A DNA stretch of 64,000 bases from contig WLQG01000002.1 of NCBI GenBank assembly GCA_009698445.1, forward strand, positions 7,488 to 71,487, read 5' to 3'. The position numbers were made by a program, and so were the translations under genes. Positions 20,511 to 30,668 of this stretch are shown piece after piece (the stretch's first letter is position 1; every line of letters starts with the position of its first letter). The notes under the pieces were generated by a model. The model was not told the origin of the DNA and did no database searches. It saw only the letters and a program-made list of their open reading frames with translations. The stretch comes from Actinomycetota bacterium (GTDB lineage Bacteria > Actinomycetota > Actinomycetes > Nanopelagicales > Nanopelagicaceae).

Positions 20511-21665
20511 TTGCGCGGCTAATGCGCCGCTAAAAAGAGCACCTTGTTGTGATGGCACGCTTCTATGGTCCCCGACAACATATAGATGATCCGAAATTTT
20601 AGTTGTCTGCGTTAACGCTCTTCCAACGCTTTGCAGGGGTAGAGCCGATGGAATTTCATACTTAGCAATCAACTGCCAATCACGAGTTTGAACTCCCCAC
20701 ATAATTGCCAAATGCCTTCGAACTTCTGACTCTGTAGTGCCTAAATGCGTTGTACTAGAAATTAGATGCTTTCCATCTGGTGCATATTCAGTTGAAATAT
20801 CAGAGATAACTAGTGAATTTATGACTGGGCCGCGATTTTGGCCATCAATTACAAGATGGCCAGTACCTGATGGATTAACGTCGCTGGAGTGATACCAAGT
20901 GATGCAGCCAACCATTCGTGCTACATCACCTAGTTCCAATAGTTGCGTAGCTGTAGTTGTATCAGTAGCAACAAAGATGTCACTAGCTTCGAATGTACCT
21001 AAAGAAGTTTCTACTGCGTTACCTGAAATTCGTTCTGCGCGCACATTCAGTTGAAGATCAATGATTCGGGCTGCCAGTGCCTGTGAAAGTTGGCCTACGC
21101 CAAACTTTGGGATGCCTGGTGATCCACTAACAAAGGAGCGAATAACAATCTGGCCGTACTTTGCATCAACGCTGTCAGGGTCGGATAAAAAGACACCTTC
21201 CAAGAAAGGCCGCAGCACTCGGTCGTAAGTGCTTCCACATCCGGCATTGCGCAAAGCATGCCCAAGGGATTGTTCGCCTTTTAACTTGGAGAATATAAAG
21301 CGAGCAAAATTAACTTTCTCACTTAAAGTTCCGGTCCCGCGATGCAACGATGAAAAGGGAGCACTCCGCGGATCTCCCAACACTATTCGCTCTGTCCCTA
21401 AACTAACTTCTACCGTTCGTGGTGCAGGGATGAAATCAATTTCATCGATCACATCAAGTTCGACAAGGGCTGGGTACCTTGAGTTAATGAGTTGGAAACC
21501 ACGATCGCATATATATCCATCAATATGATCACTTGTAACTCGTCCGCCCGCGCGATCACTTGCTTCAATTACAGTTACAGAACGCCCAGCAGCTTGAAGT
21601 TGAATTGCAGCGTTAAGTCCAGCTAAACCAGCACCAACGATTACAACATCGCTTTTTCTAGACAT
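20496..21665 (-). CDS. FAD-dependent oxidoreductase (amine oxidase superfamily)
   Basis: GAGLAGL, EASDRAGGRV, DRGFQL, GDH...S.QGAL.SG. Start set at ATG 21665. Confidence 0.88.
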   Translation of the reverse strand: MSRKSDVVIVGAGLAGLNAAIQLQAAGRSVTVIEASDRAGGRVTSDHIDGYICDRGFQLINSRYPALVELDVIDEIDFIPAPRTVEVSLGTERIVLGDPRSAPFSSLHRGTGTLSEKVNFARFIFSKLKGEQSLGHALRNAGCGSTYDRVLRPFLEGVFLSDPDSVDAKYGQIVIRSFVSGSPGIPKFGVGQLSQALAARIIDLQLNVRAERISGNAVETSLGTFEASDIFVATDTTTATQLLELGDVARMVGCITWYHSSDVNPSGTGHLVIDGQNRGPVINSLVISDISTEYAPDGKHLISSTTHLGTTESEVRRHLAIMWGVQTRDWQLIAKYEIPSALPLQSVGRALTQTTKISDHLYVVGDHRSVPSQQGALFSGALAAQLILN

Positions 21666-22668
21666 GTAGGGCGTTAATTCTAGCCTGATCAATTATTTGT
21701 GCCACCAAAAGCGCATCTTCATTCGAAACTGGCCAAGGATTTTTACCAGCAAGAGCGCCGGCAACCAACGTATAGAAGGTGGCGTAATTTCCATCTTCTC
21801 CAATGATTTCTTCTACTTCATCACCCCGATGCACAAATGTTTTTGATTTCGTAGAAACGCCCCAGGTGCCGCCAGTCGGAATTTTTCCTGCTCGCAGTAA
21901 ATCTTCTTGAGGGTCCAACTCATTAATTACTAGCGCTCCCTTACTACCCAAGATTCGAATGCGAGGACCTGGGGCACCAACAACTGCACTTGCCGAAAGA
22001 ATCGAAAGGACACCAGATTCGTGCTGTAGAACTAATACCGCATCATCATCTGCAGCCCCGCGAATCGAGCGAACAGTTGAGGTTACAAGTTCAGCTTTTC
22101 CAAACCAATCCAGAGCCGTTGAGATTAAGTGAGGCTGTAAATCAAGTAACTGTCCCCCGCCATCGGCAGCGCTCATGTTTTCACGCCAAGAAGCTTTGTT
22201 TAACTCTGGACGAAAACGTTCAAAGCGCGAATCTAAGCGATGGATTGTGCCTAGAACTCCCGAAGCCAATACTTTCTTAATGGTGAGCGAATCACTGTCC
22301 CATCGGCGATTGAAAAAAACTGTAACGGGGACTTGCGCACGATCACCGGCAGAAATAATTTCAAGAGTTTCCGCATACGTTCTACCCATTGGTTTATCTA
22401 CTACAACTGGGATGCCGGCGTTGATGGCTGCCAGAGCATGTTCTGCATGCACAATATTGGCCGATGCAACGACGACTAGATCGAGTTTTTGAGCCACTAA
22501 ATCCGTAATCGTTGGTACAACATGTACATTAGGAAAATCGGTTTGTGCATGGCTTGCGCGTTCAGCATTGCCAGTGGCAATAGCTACGACTTCATAACCA
22601 CATCCTTTGAGCAAAGGTGCGTGGAAATATCGCCCAGCTAAACCATAACCAGCAATGCCTACACGCAT
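21658..22668 (-). CDS. Gfo/Idh/MocA oxidoreductase
   Basis: GYGLAGRYFHAP, VVVDKP, NRRWD, G.LLDL..H. Confidence 0.9.
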   Translation of the reverse strand: MRVGIAGYGLAGRYFHAPLLKGCGYEVVAIATGNAERASHAQTDFPNVHVVPTITDLVAQKLDLVVVASANIVHAEHALAAINAGIPVVVDKPMGRTYAETLEIISAGDRAQVPVTVFFNRRWDSDSLTIKKVLASGVLGTIHRLDSRFERFRPELNKASWRENMSAADGGGQLLDLQPHLISTALDWFGKAELVTSTVRSIRGAADDDAVLVLQHESGVLSILSASAVVGAPGPRIRILGSKGALVINELDPQEDLLRAGKIPTGGTWGVSTKSKTFVHRGDEVEEIIGEDGNYATFYTLVAGALAGKNPWPVSNEDALLVAQIIDQARINALHV

Positions 22669-24815
22669 TAGCTCTTTATATCTTCACGCGAAAGTTTTGA
22701 AGGCCACCAAATCTTTGGACCAATTTCGTGAACTAATGCTGGTACCAAGATTGAACGAACAACAATCGTGTCTAGGAGAACACCAAAGGCAACTGCAAAA
22801 CCAAGTTCTGCAAGCGGCACTAAAGGCAGTAGGCCCAGAACCGCAAAGGTTGCAGCAAGAACGACTCCAGCTGACGTGATTACAGCACCAGTTACTGTCA
22901 CACCTTTAATAATTCCAGCGCGTGTACCAATTTTTCCACTTTCTTCACGCACACGAGTCATTAAGAAGATGTTGTAGTCAATTCCAAGTGCGACAAGGAA
23001 GATGAAGGCAAAGAGTGGGAATGAATTATCACCGCCAGCAAATCCAAACACGTGGTTAAAGACAAGTGCGCACACACCCAAAGTGGCAAAGTATGAAAGC
23101 AACACTGTTCCAAGAAGCACTACTGCGCTCAGTATGCTGCGCAGCAGGAGCCCAAGGATTAATGTGATGACAATCAAAATAATTGGAATGATTGTGCGGT
23201 TATCACGACTATTTGCGGTGCGAACATCGAAGTACACAGCACTTGTTCCGCCAACTAGAGAATTTGCATCCACTGCGTGAGCTAATTCGCGAATCTTAGG
23301 AATATCGTTTCCGGCTTCAACACTATCTGGCGCCTTATCCAGAATTACATTCAAAATCGTCTTTCCGTCTACAACTTTGAAATCTTGAGTCACTGGATCA
23401 ACCAGCGGAACAATATCAGCGACACCCGGAGCAGTTTTTACTGCCTCTCGCATCGCTTCCATTTTGTCGAACGCTACAACGATTTGAGTTGGATCACCTT
23501 CGCCACCAGGAAAATGAGTAGTAAGAAGTTTTTGGCCAACTACCGACTCTGGTTTTCCAGTAAATGTGTCAATCGTTCCAATTCCATCAGCTTTAAGTGT
23601 CGTTGAAGCAAAGGCAAAAAGTAGTAAGACTGAACCCGTAACCATCCACGCTTTGCGAGGATTGCGACCGATTGAATTAGCAACTTTAGACCAAGGTCCA
23701 CTCATCACATGATCATCACCATCAAATAATGGGCGGCGCGGCCAGAAAATCCAGCGTCCGAAAATCAATAAAAGAGCTGGTAGTAAAGTCAGAATTGTGA
23801 TCATCGCGCACACAATTCCAATAGCACCGATCGGACCAAGACCAGCAGTATTTGTTAACTGGCTAAAGAGCAAGATAAGAAGTGAGATCGAAACCGTAGA
23901 ACCGGAAGCCAAAATTGGCTCCCACACACCTTTATAGGCGCTCTTCATTGCATCAAAACGGTTTGCATGAAGATGGAGCTCTTCGCGATAACGGGCAATC
24001 AACAGAAGTGCATAATCTGTTGCTGCGCCAATAACTAATACTGACAAAATTCCTTGGGACTGACCATCAACATCAATGATGTTCTTCTTGGCAAGTAGAT
24101 AAACAATTCCACCGGCAGTGCTCAGTGCAAACATGGCAGAAAGCAGTGGGATTATCCATAAAACTGGTGAGCGGTAAACTAAAATCAAAATCAGCGAAAC
24201 AACACCAAGAGTTGTGAGCAACAACGAAGAATCCAATGTTCCAAATGCGCCGAACAGATCGCCCAATAAACCACCTGGGCCTGTTACATAAGGGGTAAGA
24301 CCATTGGCTGCTGCGACTGGTTTGACGTCTGCGCGAAGCGCAGCAACAACTGCGGGTAAAACCGGTTTGTCATTGGATAATGTTTTCGCAAGTGAGTTTC
24401 CATCGAGCGGAATATTTGCCAATATTGCCATGTAATCATTGGAAGGAAACACGGTTATTTTCGCTCCAGGAGCTAAGAAATCTGAAATCTTGGATGAGGT
24501 GCCTTCAAGAGTTAAATCACCAACGTTTGCCAAATGCGCATTGACTGCGGCAAAAGTTTCAGGTGTTGTTTTGCCTTCAAATAAAATCAAAGTTGGAAAA
24601 TTGAAACTATCTTTGCCTGAAAACTTCGCAATTTGATCTGCAGCCTTGGTCGCTTCTGCGCCTTTTGGCAAAAAGGATGAGTTGTTGTTCTCTTGAACTG
24701 TTGAGAGTTTGCCAAATAGTGGGCCAAATACGCCAGTGATGCCAAACCACACTATGACGACTAGAAGTGCGATGGCAAAGGGCTTTCGTGTTTTTTGAAT
24801 TGACTGCGTAGACAT
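22668..24815 (-). CDS. MMPL/RND-family transporter
   Basis: GAATDYALLLIARYREE and ALGIDYNIFLMTRVREE repeats. Start ATG 24815 inferred. Confidence 0.93.
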   Translation of the reverse strand: MSTQSIQKTRKPFAIALLVVIVWFGITGVFGPLFGKLSTVQENNNSSFLPKGAEATKAADQIAKFSGKDSFNFPTLILFEGKTTPETFAAVNAHLANVGDLTLEGTSSKISDFLAPGAKITVFPSNDYMAILANIPLDGNSLAKTLSNDKPVLPAVVAALRADVKPVAAANGLTPYVTGPGGLLGDLFGAFGTLDSSLLLTTLGVVSLILILVYRSPVLWIIPLLSAMFALSTAGGIVYLLAKKNIIDVDGQSQGILSVLVIGAATDYALLLIARYREELHLHANRFDAMKSAYKGVWEPILASGSTVSISLLILLFSQLTNTAGLGPIGAIGIVCAMITILTLLPALLLIFGRWIFWPRRPLFDGDDHVMSGPWSKVANSIGRNPRKAWMVTGSVLLLFAFASTTLKADGIGTIDTFTGKPESVVGQKLLTTHFPGGEGDPTQIVVAFDKMEAMREAVKTAPGVADIVPLVDPVTQDFKVVDGKTILNVILDKAPDSVEAGNDIPKIRELAHAVDANSLVGGTSAVYFDVRTANSRDNRTIIPIILIVITLILGLLLRSILSAVVLLGTVLLSYFATLGVCALVFNHVFGFAGGDNSFPLFAFIFLVALGIDYNIFLMTRVREESGKIGTRAGIIKGVTVTGAVITSAGVVLAATFAVLGLLPLVPLAELGFAVAFGVLLDTIVVRSILVPALVHEIGPKIWWPSKLSREDIKS

Positions 24816-24888
24816 TATGAAGGAGGCCTTTCTGGGTCTCAACTAGCTCCAATTGGTAAGGAGCCAAGCCTACCTTTAGGCTAGCGAT

Positions 24889-25545
24889 GTGCCCGTCGTG
24901 ACCCCTTCAAGTCAAAGTGCAATTGCCCTCATCCGCCACGGCCTCATCGATTATGAAAAGGCGTGGCAAGTACAGCGAACTATTCACTCAGAAGTTGCTG
25001 AGGGAATTCGCCCCAATACTGTGCTGTTGCTTGAACATCCATCGGTCTACACAGCAGGTCGCCGCACATTAGATTCAGAAAAACCTCAGGATGGAACACC
25101 AGTAATCAACGTTGATCGCGGCGGAAAAATTACATGGCATGGTCCGGGGCAGTTAGTTGGCTATCCAATAGTGAAATTGGCACAACCGCATGAACTAGTT
25201 GGTTTTGTTCGCGAAATTGAACGCGGGCTCATTAATGTCTGTGAAGATTTAGGGGTTGCTGCAACATGTGTTTCTGGTCGATCCGGTGTGTGGGTCCGTG
25301 ATGAAAAAGGTGATCGCAAAATAGCTGCAATCGGAATTCGTGTGAGTAGGGGCGTGACAATGCATGGCTTTGCGATCAATGTCTGCCCAGACTTAAAGGC
25401 GTTTGCGCAAATTATTCCTTGCGGTATCGCTGATGCCGATGTAACGTCTATTTCGAAAGAGCTTGGAAGAGACGTTACAATTGACGAAGTTGCTCCTTTG
25501 GTAGAACGACACATCTTTGAATCATTAAAGAAGGTGAGCGCATGA
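24889..25545 (+). CDS. lipB: Octanoyltransferase
   Basis: [38 protein letters not shown]. Confidence 0.97.
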   Translation: MPVVTPSSQSAIALIRHGLIDYEKAWQVQRTIHSEVAEGIRPNTVLLLEHPSVYTAGRRTLDSEKPQDGTPVINVDRGGKITWHGPGQLVGYPIVKLAQPHELVGFVREIERGLINVCEDLGVAATCVSGRSGVWVRDEKGDRKIAAIGIRVSRGVTMHGFAINVCPDLKAFAQIIPCGIADADVTSISKELGRDVTIDEVAPLVERHIFESLKKVSA

Positions 25546-26474
25546 CACTTGCACCAGAAGGTCGTAAGTTAATCCGTATTGAAGCGCGTAATGCGCTGGT
25601 ACCTATTGAGCGCAAACCCGAGTGGATTAAGACAAAAGCACACATGGGTCCTGAATACACACGACTACAAACTTTAGTTAAGTCAGAGGGCTTGCACACA
25701 GTCTGCCAAGAAGCGGCCTGCCCAAATATTTTTGAATGTTGGGAAGATAAGGAAGCTACATTTTTAATTGGTGGAGATAAATGCACTCGTCGTTGCGATT
25801 TCTGCAATATCGATACAGGCAAACCAGATGCTCTTGATCGTGAAGAGCCACGTAAAGTAGCCGAATCAGTTAAAGCTATGGGTCTTAAATATGCAACCAT
25901 CACTGGAGTCACTCGTGACGATCTGCCTGATGAAGGTGCTTGGTTGTATGCCGAAACTATTCGTAAGGTTCACGAACTAAATCCTGGTACTGGCGTGGAA
26001 ATGTTAGCTCCTGATTTTCATGCCAAAGCCCACCTTCTCAACGAAATTTTTGAGACACGTCCTGAAGTCTTCGCTCACAACTTGGAAACTGTCCCCCGAA
26101 TTTTTAAGCAGATTCGCCCAGCTTTTACTTATGAAAAATCCTTGACAGTTATTTCTATGGCACGTGATTTCGGATTGATTACTAAATCAAATTTGATTCT
26201 TGGATTGGGAGAAACTCGCGAAGAAATAACCCAAGCATTAGTCGATCTGCATCAGGCTGGGTGTGACTTAATTACGATTACTCAGTACTTGCGACCAACT
26301 AATCGCCACCACCCCGTTGAGCGCTGGGTTAAGCCAGAAGAGTTTGTTGAACTATCCAAGGAAGCAACCGATATCGGTTTCCTTGGAGTAATGAGCGGGC
26401 CACTTGTGCGCTCTAGCTATCGCGCAGGTCGCCTCTATAAGCAAGCAACAGATGCCAAGGCTGCTCGTGGCTGA
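25542..26474 (+). CDS. lipA: Lipoyl synthase
   Basis: [12 protein letters not shown] plus radical-SAM [12 protein letters not shown]. Confidence 0.98.
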   Translation: MTLAPEGRKLIRIEARNALVPIERKPEWIKTKAHMGPEYTRLQTLVKSEGLHTVCQEAACPNIFECWEDKEATFLIGGDKCTRRCDFCNIDTGKPDALDREEPRKVAESVKAMGLKYATITGVTRDDLPDEGAWLYAETIRKVHELNPGTGVEMLAPDFHAKAHLLNEIFETRPEVFAHNLETVPRIFKQIRPAFTYEKSLTVISMARDFGLITKSNLILGLGETREEITQALVDLHQAGCDLITITQYLRPTNRHHPVERWVKPEEFVELSKEATDIGFLGVMSGPLVRSSYRAGRLYKQATDAKAARG

Positions 26475-27165
26475 TCTTGTCTATCCCCCAGTCATTGTTG
26501 CCATAAAAACCTTTTGGAAATATTTAGGTCTGCAATTTGATTTTTCGGGTGAAGAAAATATTCCACGCAAAGATGGCGCGATTCTTGCTATCAATCATGT
26601 GAGCTATTTAGATTTTGCTATTACTGGTACTGCCGCTTTGCCCGCCGGACGCTATGTGCGCTTTATGGCTAAAAAAGAGATATTCGATAATAAATTGGCC
26701 GGCCCATTAATGCGCGGTATGCATCACATCAGTGTCGATCGCAGTAGCGGCTCAGCATCTTTTGTAGCTGCCCTGCGCGCACTAAAAGCGGGCGAGATAA
26801 TTGGCATCTTTCCCGAAGGTACAACGTCAACTTCATTTGAAATTAAAGAGCTTAAATCCGGTGCTGTCAGATTAGCGATGGGGTCCGGTGTTCCTATTAT
26901 CCCAACGATTATTTGGGGAAGTCAGAGAATTTGGACCAAGGGCATTAAGCGCAATCTCAAGCGTAATAATTTTCCTGTAACTGTCGTCTTTGGTCAGCCG
27001 ATTTTTTATGAACGTGGCGCTGATGTTGAGCAAGCCGAACTACATTTACGTGAAACTTTGCTAACTATGTTGCGCCAGGTGCAAGAGCACTACCCTGATA
27101 GCCATGTGGGCCAACGTTGGGCACCGGCTCGCCTTGGTGGAACCGCCCCCGCCCCACTAAACTAA
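26467..27165 (+). CDS. Lysophospholipid acyltransferase (PlsC family)
   Basis: [21 protein letters not shown] 26467 overlaps the end of lipA. Confidence 0.9.
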   Translation: MADLVYPPVIVAIKTFWKYLGLQFDFSGEENIPRKDGAILAINHVSYLDFAITGTAALPAGRYVRFMAKKEIFDNKLAGPLMRGMHHISVDRSSGSASFVAALRALKAGEIIGIFPEGTTSTSFEIKELKSGAVRLAMGSGVPIIPTIIWGSQRIWTKGIKRNLKRNNFPVTVVFGQPIFYERGADVEQAELHLRETLLTMLRQVQEHYPDSHVGQRWAPARLGGTAPAPLN

Positions 27166-27169
27166 AGCC

Positions 27170-27847
27170 ATGTTTAAGAGAAAAGCTAAAGAAAAGAAGA
27201 TCAAGACCCCTCGTTTTCAAACCTTCCGTGATGCATATGCCGTCACAAAGCAAGTAAAACCTTGGATTGGCGCAGTCCTTATAGCAATTTTTGTGCTGAC
27301 TCTTGCAATAGGAATTGGCATCGGATTCGCAGTTGGTCATCCGGTTTATATTGGTTTCATTTTCACGCCATTATCTTTTCTAGCTTCACTTCTCGTCTTT
27401 ACTCGCGTTGCAGGACGTGCGGCATACTCGTCAATCGAAGGTCAGATCGGCGCAGGTGCAAGTGTGTTGATGGCTATTCGCAAAGGATGGACAACAACAC
27501 CAGCCGTTGCAGTCTCGCGTAACCAAGATATGGTTCACCGAAGTGTTGGCCGTGCAGGAATTGTTCTCACTGGTGAAGGTTCACTCAATACAGTTCGCCA
27601 GCTCTTGCAAGATGAGCATAAGAAAACCGAACGTTTTGCTCCTGGTGTCCCAGTAATTGAAGTCATTGTGGGCGATGGGCCAGGACAAGTTTCGATTCGT
27701 AAACTACAAAAGCATTTACAGAAGCAGCCTAAGAAATTAACTGCGCATCAAATGCGCGAAGTTCGTGCACGCCTAAAGGCAGTTGGCGGATTATCTATGC
27801 CTATTCCAAAAGGGCCTATGCCAACCCGTGCACCAAAAATCCGTTAA
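27170..27847 (+). CDS. DUF4191 membrane protein
   Basis: AY..IEGQ.GA, D.VHR.VGR.GIVL.GEG, PIPKGPMP; usual position between lipA and glnA. Confidence 0.9.
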   Translation: MFKRKAKEKKIKTPRFQTFRDAYAVTKQVKPWIGAVLIAIFVLTLAIGIGIGFAVGHPVYIGFIFTPLSFLASLLVFTRVAGRAAYSSIEGQIGAGASVLMAIRKGWTTTPAVAVSRNQDMVHRSVGRAGIVLTGEGSLNTVRQLLQDEHKKTERFAPGVPVIEVIVGDGPGQVSIRKLQKHLQKQPKKLTAHQMREVRARLKAVGGLSMPIPKGPMPTRAPKIR

Positions 27848-27859
27848 TTTTCTGGTTGC

Positions 27860-28585
27860 TTAAAGAATTGAAAGATTAATTCTTTCTCCATCGTAGAGTT
27901 GCTGATCGGGTAGGCCTTTTAAAACGTGAACTTTTGCCTCTCCAACCACCAGCCAGTCTGAATCTCCTGATCGTTTTACGATTGCCGTTAACTCATCAAC
28001 ACCAATCAAAATTGAGTTATCGGGCACATGCAATAAAACCTTTGCCGCACTTTCTGGAATCCACTTAAAGAACTTATTAAAATGCGGGATTACGCGAACT
28101 TCTGGAAGCAGATTCAAACCTGTGGTTGACGTTTTTTTCAATAAACGAAAATTAGGAATATGCGCGCTAAGAACCATTGCGCCAGCGCTACATCCAGCCA
28201 GCGATGCCCCAGACTTCCAATTCTCAACCATCGCTGCCCACACAGGCGTATCAGTTAAAACTTCTGCCAAATGATGAGGATCTCCCCCGGACATATACAT
28301 AAGCGCGCTGTTAGCCACTGCATCTACATGTTCTTGTTTGAATGCATCGTCTCGTGTGTAAATTGGAAGATAGGTTGCCTCGACACCAATATTTTTTGCC
28401 GCAGCTAGACCAAGTTCTTTCCAATACGCCAAACGATCATCACTTTCGCGTCCGGCCGCAGTAGGAATTTGTAGATATCTTGCTTCTTTGCCGTTTTTAA
28501 CACCGTCTTGGATAAGTGATTTCTCAAACTGGGCCATAGCAGGCAAGTACTCACCTGAGCCAACGAGTGCCAGTGAACCAATCAT
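27860..28585 (-). CDS. Peptidase S51 family (cyanophycinase/peptidase E-like)
   Basis: G.LALVGSGE, IPTAA, SGGDP, GCSAGA nucleophile, IPHF, GVDE. Confidence 0.85.
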   Translation of the reverse strand: MIGSLALVGSGEYLPAMAQFEKSLIQDGVKNGKEARYLQIPTAAGRESDDRLAYWKELGLAAAKNIGVEATYLPIYTRDDAFKQEHVDAVANSALMYMSGGDPHHLAEVLTDTPVWAAMVENWKSGASLAGCSAGAMVLSAHIPNFRLLKKTSTTGLNLLPEVRVIPHFNKFFKWIPESAAKVLLHVPDNSILIGVDELTAIVKRSGDSDWLVVGEAKVHVLKGLPDQQLYDGERINLSIL

Positions 28586-28629
28586 GTGGCAAGTGTAGGT
28601 GTTCGTATCTTTATTAAATCAAAGTTGAA

Positions 28630-29001
28630 CTAACGTCTTGTTAAAACTGATCCGCTTAATCGTTCGTGGATTCCGCGACCATTGTCATCGAAAGTTACAG
28701 CCGTAACTACAAGCACTACAAGCAATGTTCGAATCAGGCCTTGGCGCGCAGAGAGCGGTCCCCCATCTTCAAAGCGCACAGTTTTCATTCCAAAGATTCG
28801 GTGACCCAACGTTGCGCCTTGTAACGTTATGAGTATCCAGGTCTGCGCAAAGAACAAAATGAGCACATACAGCGAATGGTTGGGGCTCATCTGATCGATC
28901 CCACCGCTAAAAGCAGCCACGATGGCATAGCAGGCGAGCCAATCAAGGGCCAGGGCCGCCATGCGGCGCCCATAGGTAGTTCGGATGAATGGGTAGCTCA
29001 T
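28630..29001 (-). CDS. RDD family membrane protein
   Basis: GRR..AL.LDW, G.TLG, D..GRG.HER; divergent from glnA. Confidence 0.9.
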   Translation of the reverse strand: MSYPFIRTTYGRRMAALALDWLACYAIVAAFSGGIDQMSPNHSLYVLILFFAQTWILITLQGATLGHRIFGMKTVRFEDGGPLSARQGLIRTLLVVLVVTAVTFDDNGRGIHERLSGSVLTRR

Positions 29002-29029
29002 GGGCCTAAGCCTAACGTCCTTTAAATTC

Positions 29030-29045
29030 TTAACATGGATGTAAC
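29030..29045 (+). promoter_or_regulatory. Putative GlnR box upstream of glnA
   Basis: TTAAC-N6-GTAAC resembles the actinobacterial gTnAc-N6-GaAAc direct repeat. A -10 TATTCT follows at 29078-29083. Confidence 0.55.
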
Positions 29046-29165
29046 AGGGCGGTTAGGCCATTTTGCCTTTTGCGACTTATTCTTGGGCCACGAAGCAGAG
29101 GGCTCAAAGTCGAGAATGTCTGCGCTGATACACAGATAAATGTATCCATGTGAATTGGGAGAAGC

Positions 29166-30596
29166 ATGTTTAAGAACTCTGCAGAAATTTTTGCATATAT
29201 AAAGAAGGAAGATATAAAGCTAGTTGATGTTCGCTTTACTGATCTTCCAGGTATTCAGCACCACTTCAACGTTCCGGTTGAATCATTTGATGAAGCCGTC
29301 TTTACTGATGGTTTGATGTTTGATGGTTCATCAATTCGTGGATTCCAGTCAATCCATGAATCAGATATGAAACTGCTACCAGTTCCAGAATCTGCATACC
29401 TTGATCCATACCGCAAAGAGAAGACTCTGATCATTATCTTCTCTGTTCATAACCCAGTTGATAATTCAGCATATAGCCGTGACCCGCGTGGTGTTGTTGC
29501 TAAGGCAGTTGACTTCATGCGCGCACAAGGAATCGCTGACACAGCATTCTTTGCACCAGAAGCTGAGTTCTATGTATTTGATCGTGTTCGCTTTAAGACT
29601 GATATCAACACTGCTTATCATGAGATTGATTCTTATGAAGGCGCATGGAATACCGGAATTAAAGAAGATGCAGATGGAACTCCTAACCGCGGATACCGTA
29701 CGCGCGTTAAGGGTGGATATTTCCCAGTGTCTCCAACAGATCAGTTTGCTGATCTTCGCGATGAAATGGTTATGCAACTTGGAAAGGTTGGGCTTCTTGT
29801 AGAACGCTCGCACCACGAAGTTGGTACTGCCGGACAGATGGAAATCAACTATCGCTTCACAGATATTTTGACTGCAGGTGATGACGTGATGAAGTTTAAG
29901 TACGTTATCCGCAACACTGCTTGGCAAGGCGGCAAGACTGCAACATTTATGCCTAAGCCACTCTTCGGTGATAACGGTTCCGGAATGCACGTTCACCAGT
30001 CACTCTGGAAAGATGGCAAGCCATTGTTCTTCGGTGATGGTTACGGCGATCTTTCAGACATGGCCCGTCACTATGTTGGTGGTTTGTTAAAGCACGCTCC
30101 GTCATTGCTTGCTTTCACTAACCCAACCGTTAACTCATACCGCCGCTTAGTTCCAGGTTATGAAGCTCCAGTAAACCTTGTTTACTCAGCTCGTAACCGC
30201 TCAGCTTGTATCCGTATCCCAATTACAGGATCCAATCCAAAGGCAAAGCGCATTGAGTTCCGTTGCCCAGATCCTTCATCAAATCCATATCTAGCATTTG
30301 CTGCGATGTTGATGGCCGGTCTTGATGGAATCATCAATAAGATCGAACCACCACTACCTGTAGATAAAGATTTGTATGAATTAACTGGCGATGAAGCGGC
30401 AGCTATTCCACAAGTTCCAGGTTCACTTGATGAAGTGCTCAATAACTTAGAGCGCGATCATGAGTTCCTACTTAAGGGTGGAGTATTTACCAAGGATCTC
30501 ATCGATACATGGATCGAATTCAAGCGTAAGCAAGAAGTTGATTATGTTCGCTTGCGTCCACATCCAGCTGAGTTCGAACTTTATTACGACATCTAA
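29166..30596 (+). CDS. glnA: Glutamine synthetase type I
   Basis: FDGSSI, HHEV, TFMPKP, NGSGMH, RNRSA, DKDLY adenylylation-site motif. Confidence 0.98.
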   Translation: MFKNSAEIFAYIKKEDIKLVDVRFTDLPGIQHHFNVPVESFDEAVFTDGLMFDGSSIRGFQSIHESDMKLLPVPESAYLDPYRKEKTLIIIFSVHNPVDNSAYSRDPRGVVAKAVDFMRAQGIADTAFFAPEAEFYVFDRVRFKTDINTAYHEIDSYEGAWNTGIKEDADGTPNRGYRTRVKGGYFPVSPTDQFADLRDEMVMQLGKVGLLVERSHHEVGTAGQMEINYRFTDILTAGDDVMKFKYVIRNTAWQGGKTATFMPKPLFGDNGSGMHVHQSLWKDGKPLFFGDGYGDLSDMARHYVGGLLKHAPSLLAFTNPTVNSYRRLVPGYEAPVNLVYSARNRSACIRIPITGSNPKAKRIEFRCPDPSSNPYLAFAAMLMAGLDGIINKIEPPLPVDKDLYELTGDEAAAIPQVPGSLDEVLNNLERDHEFLLKGGVFTKDLIDTWIEFKRKQEVDYVRLRPHPAEFELYYDI

Positions 30597-30608
30597 AACG
30601 CACCTTAT

Positions 30609-30644
30609 AACAAAGCCCGTGCCGTCTGGTGCGGGCTTTGTTGT
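30609..30644 (+). terminator. Intrinsic terminator after glnA
   Basis: AACAAAGCCCG.../...CGGGCTTTGTT stem followed by a T-rich tail. Confidence 0.85.
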
Positions 30645-30668
30645 ATCCCGACATAGTAGATTTATGGC

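Noticed and set aside
29090-29165. Known glutamine (glnA-motif) riboswitch
   Set aside because: The CGUU/AACG P1 and junction consensus are not visible. Kept only as an unassigned structured leader.
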